DNA from: a virus
Taxonomy: Duplodnaviria; Caudoviricetes
Reading direction: 5' to 3' (one strand)
Virus record (IMG/VR): IMGVR_UViG_3300033145_000829
Span: 1 to 45,304 of that record
DNA: 45,304 nt
The position numbers and the translations under genes are program-made. The notes below the pieces were generated by a model. That model worked only from the letters and a program-made list of their open reading frames with translations. It made no database searches and had not been told where the DNA came from. Shown here in pieces: positions 1 to 10,197 of the stretch (its first letter is position 1; every line of letters starts with the position of its first letter).

Positions 1-47
1 CAGACAGTTAACTATAAATCTGCCAAAAGAATAGTGAATATATCTGC

Positions 48-878
48 CTAATTGTTCCATACATCTTTGATATAAGAAGGTTCAGAAGATTGTTCAGCAG
101 TCGCATTAACTTGTTCTAATACCATTTGCCACATGCCTGAATGATGAACGTATGAGCCTTTAAAGTCGGCATAATGCCGAGAGTCAGGCGCCGGTATCTT
201 AATTAAAGTAACCACGGCAAATCCAACAAGCCCCTCATGATACTCAGCAGGAATATCCGTTGTTTTTGTTGGTCTGTACAAATAATCAAGCAGGATATCA
301 TTTTCAAAGGCAATGTCATCAACCACTATCAAATTTGCCCTCGGGTACCAGCTGTTTGATCTGTCACCTGTCGCTGTATTAGGTGCAATCTTTCTAATTT
401 CATCAGGAGATTGCGGTACTTCAAATACTTTTCCGCCAGATGTATAGGCCGCTGTGCCAGCAGACCCGTTCAAACTGTATGAACTTGCGCCAACAACAGT
501 AATTTGGAATGTGCCGTTAGCCGCTGTATTGCCTATGACATCATGGATAGTTATTATATCATCGTCGCTTCTCCCATGCGCAGCTTCCGTGATTACTATT
601 GGGGTTGTATTGGTCGCATCGGTAACAGTTCCGGCTACGGTTTCAAGATCCCACACCTTTGAGACCGTCATACAGTCTGAAGGTTTCTCAAAAATATGAG
701 TGTAGGATGATACTGACACCCGCTTTGAGAAAAAAAACGGATCAATCTCTTTGAGCTTCAAACCTAAAACGGTTACAGCCCTGCCAAGAGTGGTGGTTAT
801 TGTTGCGTCTGTGACCGTCTCGGGTTTGAGTTCTCTGATCCCCCGGCGAACGGCTGCCACAAGTTCGCTTGAGTTCAT
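48..878 (-). CDS. Head-tail adaptor / tail tubular protein-like virion protein with an inserted beta-rich module
   Basis: Lies downstream of the capsid genes. The C-terminal IPAEYHEGLVGFAV resembles adaptor proteins, and there is an internal ATNTTPIVIT..HG..ITIHDV.GNTAANG module. Confidence 0.55.
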   Translation of the reverse strand: MNSSELVAAVRRGIRELKPETVTDATITTTLGRAVTVLGLKLKEIDPFFFSKRVSVSSYTHIFEKPSDCMTVSKVWDLETVAGTVTDATNTTPIVITEAAHGRSDDDIITIHDVIGNTAANGTFQITVVGASSYSLNGSAGTAAYTSGGKVFEVPQSPDEIRKIAPNTATGDRSNSWYPRANLIVVDDIAFENDILLDYLYRPTKTTDIPAEYHEGLVGFAVVTLIKIPAPDSRHYADFKGSYVHHSGMWQMVLEQVNATAEQSSEPSYIKDVWNN

Positions 879-881
879 TGG

Positions 882-2072
882 CTATCTTCCTATAATTTCA
901 ACTTTTACGCCGATCAGCCCGGCCAGGTTAGTCGTGTCCGGGATTTCCAACGGCACAATGCCCTGAATCTCGCTTACATCTCCTGCGATATAGCTTGGCT
1001 TCAAATGAGCAGTGTCGGCATGATCTGATCCGAGTGTGAAAGTATTTGCCGCATTCATAATTGAAGTTGGCTGAATCAGTGTTGCAGTTGTTCCGACGGC
1101 CCCGGCAGAACGAATCAAGTTCGCAAATACTGTTGTAGGCCCAGGAAAATCTCCGCATGATCCGTAGAGAAGCGCATTGGACAAAACCGCTCCGATTCCA
1201 GCCGACAGAGTGCAAACATCAGTTGAAGGCGTGAGGTCATCTTCCTCAATAAACCGATCATAAAGAAATCCTGACGTAGGTTTTTTGATGTAATCAATAT
1301 AAACGCTGTCCGTGGCTGCGTCCATCGTGTCAGTCTGAAGCACAGAGATAGTTGTTGCCACCGGGCTTGTGTTGGTGAAATCAATGGTAGCTTCTGTGGT
1401 GGCTGCCGTTTCGCCCTTGTACAGCGCCTTCATCGGCTTATATGTACCGTTATCGGACCACGTGATATTCTGAATAGCACAGGCGAACTCACCAAGCGAA
1501 ATCACATCGGGCGTACCGGCGGTAAAGCTGAGACTGGCATGCCCTGAAACTCTTGCACCCGCGGTCAGTTTTGCATGGACCAGGTTGTCAAACACGTCTT
1601 TCCATGCCTGAGTAACGTAGGTCACATAACAAGATGTAACAGAATCACCGGCCAAAAAGGTCAAAGTGCTTTTTGCTCCTGCTACCGGAGTTGAAAGCGC
1701 ACAGGTTCCGGACACAGGCGTTAGGCCACCAGGAATAACCTTGTAGCTGGCATTGGCAGAACCGACATACATTACATAGGCTGCCGGATATTTAAGCGTG
1801 CCAACATTGGCCGTAACTGTAACAAGCTCCTCGAATACAACCGGAGGGGCCGGAGCGTATGCCTTCACTTTCCCGTTGGTGTAGTCGTACTCAAACGTGT
1901 ATCCGTCTTTTGGATGAATCTTAACCAGGTACGGCTTTGATATGCCAAACAGACTCCCAGCCATCAACTCACCGCCAAACGGATAAGACGAGTCAAAAGC
2001 CAGATCCCCGATAGCAGAATGAACATCTCCACCGTAGGGATTTAATATTTTATTTGTAATTGCTATCGCCAT
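882..2072 (-). CDS. Virion structural protein (putative head decoration/fibre)
   Basis: 396-aa Thr/Gly/Ala-rich ORF in the head operon, with an AGGAG RBS. Confidence 0.55.
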   Translation of the reverse strand: MAIAITNKILNPYGGDVHSAIGDLAFDSSYPFGGELMAGSLFGISKPYLVKIHPKDGYTFEYDYTNGKVKAYAPAPPVVFEELVTVTANVGTLKYPAAYVMYVGSANASYKVIPGGLTPVSGTCALSTPVAGAKSTLTFLAGDSVTSCYVTYVTQAWKDVFDNLVHAKLTAGARVSGHASLSFTAGTPDVISLGEFACAIQNITWSDNGTYKPMKALYKGETAATTEATIDFTNTSPVATTISVLQTDTMDAATDSVYIDYIKKPTSGFLYDRFIEEDDLTPSTDVCTLSAGIGAVLSNALLYGSCGDFPGPTTVFANLIRSAGAVGTTATLIQPTSIMNAANTFTLGSDHADTAHLKPSYIAGDVSEIQGIVPLEIPDTTNLAGLIGVKVEIIGR

Positions 2073-2096
2073 GAATAAACTCCTTGAAAGATGGTT

Positions 2097-2118
2097 GGGA
2101 GGCGGTTATCCGCCTCCC
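2097..2118 (-). terminator. GC-rich hairpin (terminator or mRNA stability element)
   Basis: GGGAGGCGG-TTAT-CCGCCTCCC perfect 9-bp stem between head genes. Confidence 0.45.
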
Positions 2119-2143
2119 TGTTGGAGGGTGGAGAAGAGGATTA

Positions 2144-2521
2144 TTATGCGCCGTGGAATTCGTCAAAAACAAGCGTAATATTTGCCGCGCCTGCGCCAGG
2201 AACGGCATCATTGGCAATCTTGAGATTCTTTCCAGGCCCGAGTTTGACGCCGACAGGGTCTTTTCCGGTCGAAGAGCAGGCCGAACCGTCAGAATCATAA
2301 GGGGCCATTTCATCAATATCGTTTACCGCGCACCCGCTCTGCGTAATAGTTACAACTCCGATGGTGGTCGTGCCATCGGAGAGGGTGATGGTCGAATCGC
2401 CTGTAGTGATTGCAGTTGTCAACGCTGTATAAGCCGTGACCAACCGACAGTTAAGGCCGGGGTTAACATAAGTGTTCGCCGCTGAAGAAAGATCCGATAA
2501 TGGTACAGTAATAGGAAACAT
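2144..2521 (-). CDS. Capsid decoration/cement-like protein
   Basis: 125-aa beta-rich ORF directly after the major capsid gene, with a GAGG RBS. Confidence 0.55.
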   Translation of the reverse strand: MFPITVPLSDLSSAANTYVNPGLNCRLVTAYTALTTAITTGDSTITLSDGTTTIGVVTITQSGCAVNDIDEMAPYDSDGSACSSTGKDPVGVKLGPGKNLKIANDAVPGAGAANITLVFDEFHGA

Positions 2522-2587
2522 AAATAAATTACCTCGCTATTGGTGTAGCGGGGAAGGCTAACCCTCCCCGATTTGGTTAAAAGTTTG

Positions 2588-3574
2588 TCAACTCACAGTA
2601 TCAAGTTTCGCATGAGCGCGTCTCTGGCTGGTACAAAATGCCCCTGACCAGATGATCTGGAAGGTTTTGGCATACTGGTTCGTGGGCTGTTTCCACACAG
2701 GTTTGGTGAAGTTAAAGTCCTTATGCGCCTTGAGGTAAAGATAGTTGGTATTCAAGGCAATAACGTCTCCTGAAGAACACTTATCATCTGCTACAAGCGG
2801 AGTCGATCCGAACATAACATTATCAAACCCGGCTTTCACCAACGTCGGATCATTGTGACGCTGTGCAGCCTGAAGGCTATTTTCGAATGCATCTTTCAGC
2901 GTTTCAGTTGTGATATACAGGTCAGCTTTCTCCCCGGCTCCGTCACCAACTTTGGTCAAACGTCTCAATTTCTGCATCGTTTCAAAGTTCATGGTGAGGG
3001 CATCCGAATTATATCCGGATTGCCAGATGTTCCGACTGGTTCCGCTCCCGTCCGTATAAGTCCCAAGGTCGGCCTGTGCGATATCGCCAAACTTCGGAGT
3101 TGTATCAGACTGGTTCAAGAGGTCTGCAATACCATAAAACGGTTTGGTCGTTGCCCCGTAAGTCACAAGAGCAGTTGCATACAGCGCCCAGAATGAATCT
3201 CCCATGATGTCCCGAATTGTTTTCTGAGCGTTATCCAGTTTCGCCATAGTCAGATCCACGTCAGCATCACCGCCTGAAGCCTGTGTCTCATCCAGAATAT
3301 CAACAGAGTTTCCGGAATAAAAATAAGCCCACGGGAACCTAGCAGCATTAACGATCTCTTTCTTGGTGGTATCAAACACGGTGGTTGCGCCCATTGCCCC
3401 GCCGTTTGCTTTTGCGTATTCAAGTACCGCCCTTACTTTCTCAGCTGATCCTATCGTCTGGACTTTGCCGAGCATTTTATACATCAAAATATTTCCCATA
3501 GCCCATTGGTTCTTAGCGCCGGGAAGCCACACGTCGTCAGTGACTGCTTGAATTTCAGTTAAAGTTAAAGCCAT
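2588..3574 (-). CDS. Major capsid protein (HK97 fold)
   Basis: 328 aa, follows the scaffold gene, AGGAG RBS. Motifs GFDNVMFGSTPLVADDKC and LNTNYLYL are typical of this phage MCP family. Confidence 0.85.
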   Translation of the reverse strand: MALTLTEIQAVTDDVWLPGAKNQWAMGNILMYKMLGKVQTIGSAEKVRAVLEYAKANGGAMGATTVFDTTKKEIVNAARFPWAYFYSGNSVDILDETQASGGDADVDLTMAKLDNAQKTIRDIMGDSFWALYATALVTYGATTKPFYGIADLLNQSDTTPKFGDIAQADLGTYTDGSGTSRNIWQSGYNSDALTMNFETMQKLRRLTKVGDGAGEKADLYITTETLKDAFENSLQAAQRHNDPTLVKAGFDNVMFGSTPLVADDKCSSGDVIALNTNYLYLKAHKDFNFTKPVWKQPTNQYAKTFQIIWSGAFCTSQRRAHAKLDTVS

Positions 3575-3587
3575 TTTCAGTTACTCC

Positions 3588-4367
3588 TTATTGCCCGGAG
3601 CGCATCCTTCTTATCAGATCCACGCCAGCGCTTACTCTTTCAGTCTTCGGGATTACTCCCGAAGGCGTATTACGTGCGGCTGGATCTCCTGAACCAGAAA
3701 GAACGCTTCCGGCTGCTTTTTTACCCTGTTCAATCTTGATGCCATTTTGAACACCTTTTTGCTGGGCAGTTTTTGTTATTTCATCCATTTTACCGGACAA
3801 TTCGGCATACTTCCCTTCAAGCTCACGCGCTTTAAACCTGTCCCACGAATGCTCTGCGCTGTAGCCTTTCTGCATATCTTCTGACAGAGCACCAGCATCA
3901 TAAGCTTCTACATACCCGGGATTATCCTTGATGAATTGATCGGCGTACTTTTCTTGGTCTGTTTGGGCCTTGAACTGGTTAAGCTGGCCAGCAAACTCTT
4001 TTTTAATGGCGCCTTCGCGTATCGAATCACGCTGAGAGAGAAATGTTGGCATATCTATCTCCCCAGCCTCGTACTGCTGATACAATGCTGATTCTGTCGG
4101 TCCTTGTTCCTGAGATCGCGAACTCATGGCTTCTTGCATCCCCTCAAGCTTGCCTTGCTGGATTGCTACCTGCTGCCTCAATGCTCCAAGTTCATTGCCC
4201 TGCCGGCCCTTTAGACTTTCAAGCTCTTTGACTTGTCCAGACACTTGCTTGAAACCATTGGCAAGTTCTTCCGGGGTCTGAAATCCTGCTAAGTCTGTGA
4301 CCTGCCCTGCATCAACACCTTGTCCGTCTGTTACGGGGGCGACTTCTGGGGTTACTTCATCTGGCAT
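3588..4367 (-). CDS. Capsid scaffolding protein
   Basis: Acidic coiled-coil protein (LESLKGRQGNELGALRQQV) between portal and MCP. Confidence 0.75.
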   Translation of the reverse strand: MPDEVTPEVAPVTDGQGVDAGQVTDLAGFQTPEELANGFKQVSGQVKELESLKGRQGNELGALRQQVAIQQGKLEGMQEAMSSRSQEQGPTESALYQQYEAGEIDMPTFLSQRDSIREGAIKKEFAGQLNQFKAQTDQEKYADQFIKDNPGYVEAYDAGALSEDMQKGYSAEHSWDRFKARELEGKYAELSGKMDEITKTAQQKGVQNGIKIEQGKKAAGSVLSGSGDPAARNTPSGVIPKTERVSAGVDLIRRMRSGQ

Positions 4368-4395
4368 AATCTACTCCCTTGCCGGGGCCACTGCT

Positions 4396-4821
4396 CTATG
4401 CGGCTTGTCCGGTCTGTAATGTGATTAATCGTTTATCCCGAATCATACGTTTTGCCTTGTCTGAACGTTTCTTTAATGCAAGCTTCTTGTCGGCTTCTGT
4501 CTGCCGTTCAGTGTCGCCTACAGATGATGGTATCGACGGGTGGCTTTCAACCGGTCTGATTGTGGGATTGTCTTTGTAAAACTGTCTTAATTCTCCAATA
4601 TTACTGACTGGCTTATAGCCAGGCTCTTCTTTGAAAAAGCTATTGATATCACCTAACCATGTCGGCTCATCCCTTTGGATTCCGCCATGGCCGAGCGCGA
4701 TAATCTTTTTTGATATTTTCCCGCACTCGGGGCACGGGAGTTCAATCGGCACGTCCGCTATTGAATAAATCTCATCAAACTCACCATGCTCAGGGCATTC
4801 AAATGTATAAAGTATTGGCAT
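4396..4821 (-). CDS. FmdB-like zinc-ribbon protein
   Basis: MPILYTFECPEHGEFDE...CPECG. The probable start is ATG 4821; the ORF track extends it to 4866. Confidence 0.7.
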   Translation of the reverse strand: MPILYTFECPEHGEFDEIYSIADVPIELPCPECGKISKKIIALGHGGIQRDEPTWLGDINSFFKEEPGYKPVSNIGELRQFYKDNPTIRPVESHPSIPSSVGDTERQTEADKKLALKKRSDKAKRMIRDKRLITLQTGQAA

Positions 4822-4862
4822 GTTCCCGCGGATCAGCGTTTTGGTGTCATTGGTCTGAGGTT

Positions 4863-6986
4863 TCAAATCTTCAGCTCCCCCATAGTATCCTTGGCTTGGT
4901 TAAGCCCTTCAGAGTACCCGCCAGCCCGCTCAGGCTTCTTTTCCACGCCAGCTCTTCCAGTCCCACCTTGCCCTTGCATCAGCATTTGATAGAGTTGCTT
5001 GGCTTCTTCTTCAGGCATCCCTGCTTGAATTAATATATCAATCGCACCAGGCAAGCTATTCTGCTCAGTCAGCCGCTCAATAATCGTTTGCGCATCAGGT
5101 ATCTCAAGCCGTGTTAGAAGCGTCTCAAGATCCATCGCTTGCATCCCATAAAGCTCTATATACTGCTGGCGTCTACCTGCTTTTGTAATAGGCGCAGAGC
5201 TTCCGGACTCAACAGTCATGCTAAACTCTCCCTCTAAGCTGGTGCCACACAATCCATATACGCCATCATCAATCTCAATCGGCACTTCCTTTGTCCCAAA
5301 ATTCATCAGAAATGACATGTACATTCGCCCTCTGTTGCGTATAAGATGATCAATCTGTCTGATAAGCGGCTGGAATACAGTCGCCGCCTTGTCCTGGAGT
5401 GCAATAATCGCAGTTGCTGCCGATACTCCGGTAGGCCGTCTACCCTCTGTAACCTCAGGGCTTCCAGATAATATATCCTCCTGCTGAAGCAAGAACATAA
5501 CCATTTCAAGAAGTTCTTTAGGGGCTTGCGGAACCTGAACATACCGAATTGCAGTTGAACTTGCAAGCGTTGGCTCGATAACCAAGCCAAGTTCATTTGT
5601 AATCTGACTTTTTTTTACACCACACTCTTTCGGCAGGATTAAAATCGGAAACATTGCACGATCAAGGTACGCCAGATATTTTGTTAGCAAACCTTCTGCC
5701 TTGCCTTGAACCTCCTCTAAAACCTCAATAGCCGCAAACCCCCACCACTGACTCGTATCAAAATAGAACGGTATCGCTGAAAACGGAAAATTATTCCATA
5801 AAAACATTTTCGCAAATTGTTCCGTAATTGTGTCTCTTGCGGTATCCTCATCGATCTCAACGGTTTGCATTGCTGGAGCATTCGTAGCTGGATCTATAAT
5901 TTGATTCCCAGACTCGTCAACCGCTGGCTCTTGGGTGCCATATTCAACAAGCTGGCTGATTCTATAATCGTACAGGCCCCAATTGATGTTCGGGTTCCGA
6001 GTATCATCTAACACTCCTTTGCATTCAGCGTCCATCAGCGCAGGGCATATCACGACTTTTCTAATCCCGCCAGGGTACTTCGGTAGCTTACGGGTACCAA
6101 CTTTGACCTTTTCAACCAGGGGGATAGTCTCACCGGTCTCGGGGTCAACACCTTCGACCTCTTGCTCCTCGTATATTGGTTCAGTCTTTGTACTGTAATC
6201 TCTTGCCCAAACCTCAACTACAAGCGTCTTCTTGCCGTCCTCGCTAAAGTCCTTTCCTTCGATCTCTGAATAATTAGATGGAAGGTTCCCGCCGCGCCAT
6301 TTATGATCATCTTTCCCTCCACGAACCGTCTCCCGATCCTTTCCGTAAAGCTGCTCGTCTGCATCTGATGGAATAGTGATTTTCTTGTCGACATTAAACT
6401 TGGCACTGACTTCCCAGGTGTCCATGAAATCAATGTCACAACAGTACGGAAGTTTTTCCATATTGCACATCGTTCCGCCAGGCGCGGGGAAGAAACAAAA
6501 CGCGTCTTTCAGGACAATCTCAGCGTCCCCTGTTTTAGCGTTCAATACGCCCTTTTCAATCGTTGTGCCGTACACGCTCATGTTCTGGACTGATGCGAAC
6601 AAGGAATTCTGCTGTTCCCGATCATTCCACCAAATTTTGATCGACTCTGAGATAGCTTGTTTGACTTCATCCGGTGCGTCTTCACACGATATTTCGAATT
6701 GCGGCTGCTTTTCGGTCAAGATCGCACAATGGCCTCGAATCGTTTTAAAAAGGTAATTCATACCAAACTTCGGATACGAGCCCTTACGTTTCCCACGTTG
6801 TCCACGCCATAGCGCATGGAGATCAAGCATCCGTTGATGAAGTTGCAGCCGGTCAATTTTCTCCCGCCTCGCATCCTCCCAGCACATATTGAAGAACCGG
6901 CCGACATCCTTGTGACCTTCTGGCGGTAGATTGCCAAAATTCCATTTTTCGAACAGTTGCCGTTCCCCTGTTGTTTCAGTTTTCAT
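4863..6986 (-). CDS. Portal protein (P22-like)
   Basis: 707 aa, downstream of TerL. Motifs SGSPEVTEGRRPTGVSAATAIIALQD and VESGSS are typical of podoviral portals. Confidence 0.85.
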   Translation of the reverse strand: MKTETTGERQLFEKWNFGNLPPEGHKDVGRFFNMCWEDARREKIDRLQLHQRMLDLHALWRGQRGKRKGSYPKFGMNYLFKTIRGHCAILTEKQPQFEISCEDAPDEVKQAISESIKIWWNDREQQNSLFASVQNMSVYGTTIEKGVLNAKTGDAEIVLKDAFCFFPAPGGTMCNMEKLPYCCDIDFMDTWEVSAKFNVDKKITIPSDADEQLYGKDRETVRGGKDDHKWRGGNLPSNYSEIEGKDFSEDGKKTLVVEVWARDYSTKTEPIYEEQEVEGVDPETGETIPLVEKVKVGTRKLPKYPGGIRKVVICPALMDAECKGVLDDTRNPNINWGLYDYRISQLVEYGTQEPAVDESGNQIIDPATNAPAMQTVEIDEDTARDTITEQFAKMFLWNNFPFSAIPFYFDTSQWWGFAAIEVLEEVQGKAEGLLTKYLAYLDRAMFPILILPKECGVKKSQITNELGLVIEPTLASSTAIRYVQVPQAPKELLEMVMFLLQQEDILSGSPEVTEGRRPTGVSAATAIIALQDKAATVFQPLIRQIDHLIRNRGRMYMSFLMNFGTKEVPIEIDDGVYGLCGTSLEGEFSMTVESGSSAPITKAGRRQQYIELYGMQAMDLETLLTRLEIPDAQTIIERLTEQNSLPGAIDILIQAGMPEEEAKQLYQMLMQGQGGTGRAGVEKKPERAGGYSEGLNQAKDTMGELKI

Positions 6987-7341
6987 TTATGGACTTTCTC
7001 GTATGTGCTTTCATGTGCATCGTGAACCCGCATTTGTTCTTACAAACCTTCCCACATACAGGGCAGACAAACTCCGATTCGATGTCTACCACAGCAACCG
7101 GCGTTTCATCTCTCATATCGTACTCTGTCAGAATCTTACCGGCCTTGATGAAATTGGCCTCACACCTCGGGCAATATAAGCTCCCGCCTGTCGTGGACTT
7201 CGAGAACTGAAAGTAATCAGGATTGTTCCACCTCGGCTGTTCAGCTTTTGAAAACATATCCCCGGAGTACGGGCCACCTGTAACAAACCGCTTGGTCGTA
7301 TCGAGTATGTACTCTCGGCAATACGGGCAGTAGATTTTCAT
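6976..7341 (-). CDS. Zinc-finger protein with a C-terminal C2H2 finger
   Basis: CPYC...CPRC plus CPVCGKVCKNKCGFTMHMKAH. Confidence 0.65.
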   Translation of the reverse strand: MKIYCPYCREYILDTTKRFVTGGPYSGDMFSKAEQPRWNNPDYFQFSKSTTGGSLYCPRCEANFIKAGKILTEYDMRDETPVAVVDIESEFVCPVCGKVCKNKCGFTMHMKAHTRKSINEN

Positions 7342-7625
7342 TTACCCATAACCTTTCTTAAGACGTCATTTTCTGGATTAAATTTCTGCCCCCTCAGCCT
7401 TGCAGCAGCTGGCGACAATTCGTCTGCCAACACGTCTTCAAGCGAGTCTGTATCAAAAGCAACGTATGAATGCGGGTTGTCCTTCCCGATCTTTGGCATA
7501 CTGACAAAACTGGCCCCCGTTGAAGCGTTGGCCGCCTTAAACGCGATATAACCTCCAACAAAGCAGGCAAATATAGTGAGTGCCATAGCTCCGATAATTG
7601 ATAAAACGATCACCAGTGTACTCAT
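7338..7625 (-). CDS. Small membrane protein
   Basis: N-terminal hydrophobic helix; ATGA overlap with the next gene. Confidence 0.6.
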   Translation of the reverse strand: MSTLVIVLSIIGAMALTIFACFVGGYIAFKAANASTGASFVSMPKIGKDNPHSYVAFDTDSLEDVLADELSPAAARLRGQKFNPENDVLRKVMGK

Positions 7626-7628
7626 TCT

Positions 7629-10193
7629 CTACTCCTCAAAATTGATGTATGTGTTGCCCTGGGTTTGTATGTCTTCCCACGGCGGGATTTCTGTTTTGCC
7701 GGTAACAAAATCTGCTATTCGTTGAGTGCTGCTCAATGAAACTAGTTGAGTCTCAGATCGTAACGGACGCGCCATAACTATTTGGGCTGATTCGTCGTAC
7801 ACGTGATCTTCTCCGGTAGTATCAACATCTTCAACATTATTTTCGTCTATGACCAAGTTAGGTAGCGTCCGAATAAACTGCTCGCAAGTATTATAAATAA
7901 GCATCATAGGCTTTTCGCCAGGTAATGCCCTCAGCCGCTCATGGAATTGACGTTTTTTAAGCTGCCTACTCGGGTCGCCTGGAGCCAGATACAGGCCATA
8001 GCCTGCAAACACGTCAGCCGTACTTGGCCCTTGTCCACCACCCTTATAATCAGGCTTTTTGTTAAATGATGTCGGGTCACAGAGCCGGGTGATATCTCTG
8101 CCTCGAATGTTAAGCCGCTCTTCCCGTTCGATAATTCCCTCAGCTACCTGAGAGTCTGACATCCTTAGACCCTGGTTAGCGGTACCGTTCCATCCATACC
8201 ACTCAGCAAACCTGTAAACTCGCCCATCATTGTCAACCCACCACCAGCCAATTGAAAATGGTGCACCATAGCCCCAGTCATATGTCATATACAACGAACA
8301 GAACGACGGGACCGGAATTGGCCTAATAACGTGAACAGCCTTTGAAAACTCTGGAAATGCCTGCCCAACAAATATATCCCAGTCGCCGTCCCGGAATGCT
8401 TTCCGTAGATTTTCAGGCAATGTCTGAAGCTGCGCCCAATAAGATGGATCAAGATACGGATTGTCGCTGGCCTTACTCGGTACATAAACAAACTGCGGTC
8501 TGAAATCTATCGGATGAATCCACTCATCAGGAAACACGCTATCCATCCAGAACTGTTTAACCCACCCGTGGCCAATGCCACCAGGATTTGTTGCGCCAAT
8601 GAATTTGCACTCAAAATCCTCAAGCCCAGGCCATCTAAGCCGTGACCTTAGAAACGTAAACACCTCGTAAACATTCTTCGTCAGCTCATCGACGCATATT
8701 AGAGCGAATTCTGCAGACTGATATTTGCTTGTGTCATCCAGATTCCTGAAGCAAATAACGCCAGATCCATATTCTGGCGCTAAAATAAAACTTCTGCCGT
8801 ACTCTTTGTGGTCGCTATGAGATTTGCCAAGCCATGGAGGAAACTCCTGCCCAATCTTCTGAAGCTGCCGGTCTTTCAGCGACGGATAATCTTCACACGC
8901 CAGCATTGAGTTGACGCCGCAAAAGCCATTTTTGGCGAGATACAGCAGATATCTGACACAAAACCAGCGCAGGAAATAGGAATTATGCGTAACAATAAAA
9001 TCATCTGTAATATACAGCCCGTTTGGGTTATCTACTGTGATACACTGAGCTTCTTGATCGCCAATATATTCAACCGATACGATTGCTCTTGAAAACTCTC
9101 CCAACCCATTATTGAAATTCTTGTCAGAAAGCCGTTCTATCTTTCTGGGGAGTTTAACCAATTCATTATCTATTTTTGTTCTAAAATAAACCGTATATGC
9201 CTTTTGGCCAATTCTTTTTTCTCCATTATGTGTAAATGTTGGAATCCTATCTGTTATAGTTGCTTTCCCACCGAGTGACCGTATTATCCACTGAAAATCT
9301 TCAGCAAGCCTATAGCTTATAGTTGTATATGATAAATGCCCTCTACCGTCAACGTAACCATCTGTGTCCACCAACCCACATACAAGCTCTTTTCTTTCTT
9401 CTAACGATCCCCACTTGTAACATTCTGGAATGAATTTAGTCTCTGCCTTATGCCCCCATAACCCCAACTTCTCCAAATCACCCTTAACATTTTTGACACC
9501 ATGTGATATATCTTTTCTGTCTGTCACTTCATACCCAAGCCCTCTTATATAAGCTACGATCTCCGGGTCTATGGTTGCAAAAGAAATGTTAGTTTGGGTT
9601 ATTGACCCGTCACCGATTAAAACCCCCAGCAAATACGGTGCTATTGTTTTCTTGTTATATTCAGGACGATAACTTTTCGTAAATTTTAATGGATTGCATA
9701 GCGGAATGAGAAGATTTTGCTTTGAATTGTGTTTGCCTGGAGCTTTTGAATCTAAAAAATCCTTAACCTGTGCAGTAGTCCATATCTTACCACCGAAAAA
9801 AGAATACCCAGTAAAATAACTTTCGTCTGCTATCTTCCTATGTCTCTGCGTTTTATTAACCAGCCATAAATGATCTAACGTGCATTCTGTAGAAGCGCCA
9901 TCGTTACACATTATTTTGTAAATTGGCTTAATGCCTTGTGGGTGAACTGCAATAATTTTCTGTGGTTGGCCAGTTGGATTACAAATTGTATCACCGACCT
10001 CTAAATCACCCATTCTTCTAAACCCAAATGGAGTAGCAACTAAGCTATTGATATTGCTGGCTTTCCCCCCGCCCAATGCGCCACCGTACAGCATGTATTT
10101 CACAGTTTCGGACATAGCAGTATCGCACGCCATCTGTTGCCGCTCTGAGAAATTCGCTAACTCACTGAATTTTATGACCTGTGCTTCTGCCAT
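7629..10193 (-). CDS. terL: Terminase large subunit containing an intein
   Basis: Walker A GGALGGGK|S, Walker B ICVDE, ATNPGG, and nuclease-domain DWGY and EDHVYD motifs. Confidence 0.93.
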   Translation of the reverse strand: MAEAQVIKFSELANFSERQQMACDTAMSETVKYMLYGGALGGGKASNINSLVATPFGFRRMGDLEVGDTICNPTGQPQKIIAVHPQGIKPIYKIMCNDGASTECTLDHLWLVNKTQRHRKIADESYFTGYSFFGGKIWTTAQVKDFLDSKAPGKHNSKQNLLIPLCNPLKFTKSYRPEYNKKTIAPYLLGVLIGDGSITQTNISFATIDPEIVAYIRGLGYEVTDRKDISHGVKNVKGDLEKLGLWGHKAETKFIPECYKWGSLEERKELVCGLVDTDGYVDGRGHLSYTTISYRLAEDFQWIIRSLGGKATITDRIPTFTHNGEKRIGQKAYTVYFRTKIDNELVKLPRKIERLSDKNFNNGLGEFSRAIVSVEYIGDQEAQCITVDNPNGLYITDDFIVTHNSYFLRWFCVRYLLYLAKNGFCGVNSMLACEDYPSLKDRQLQKIGQEFPPWLGKSHSDHKEYGRSFILAPEYGSGVICFRNLDDTSKYQSAEFALICVDELTKNVYEVFTFLRSRLRWPGLEDFECKFIGATNPGGIGHGWVKQFWMDSVFPDEWIHPIDFRPQFVYVPSKASDNPYLDPSYWAQLQTLPENLRKAFRDGDWDIFVGQAFPEFSKAVHVIRPIPVPSFCSLYMTYDWGYGAPFSIGWWWVDNDGRVYRFAEWYGWNGTANQGLRMSDSQVAEGIIEREERLNIRGRDITRLCDPTSFNKKPDYKGGGQGPSTADVFAGYGLYLAPGDPSRQLKKRQFHERLRALPGEKPMMLIYNTCEQFIRTLPNLVIDENNVEDVDTTGEDHVYDESAQIVMARPLRSETQLVSLSSTQRIADFVTGKTEIPPWEDIQTQGNTYINFEE
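8982..10061 (-). mobile_element. Class 3 intein (360 aa) with LAGLIDADG homing endonuclease
   Basis: Starts with Ala after the P-loop Lys and ends VTHN|S. Block B CTLDHLW, block F AQCITV, LAGLIDADG motifs LLGVLIGDG and VCGLVDTDG. Confidence 0.9.
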
Positions 10194-10197
10194 AATA

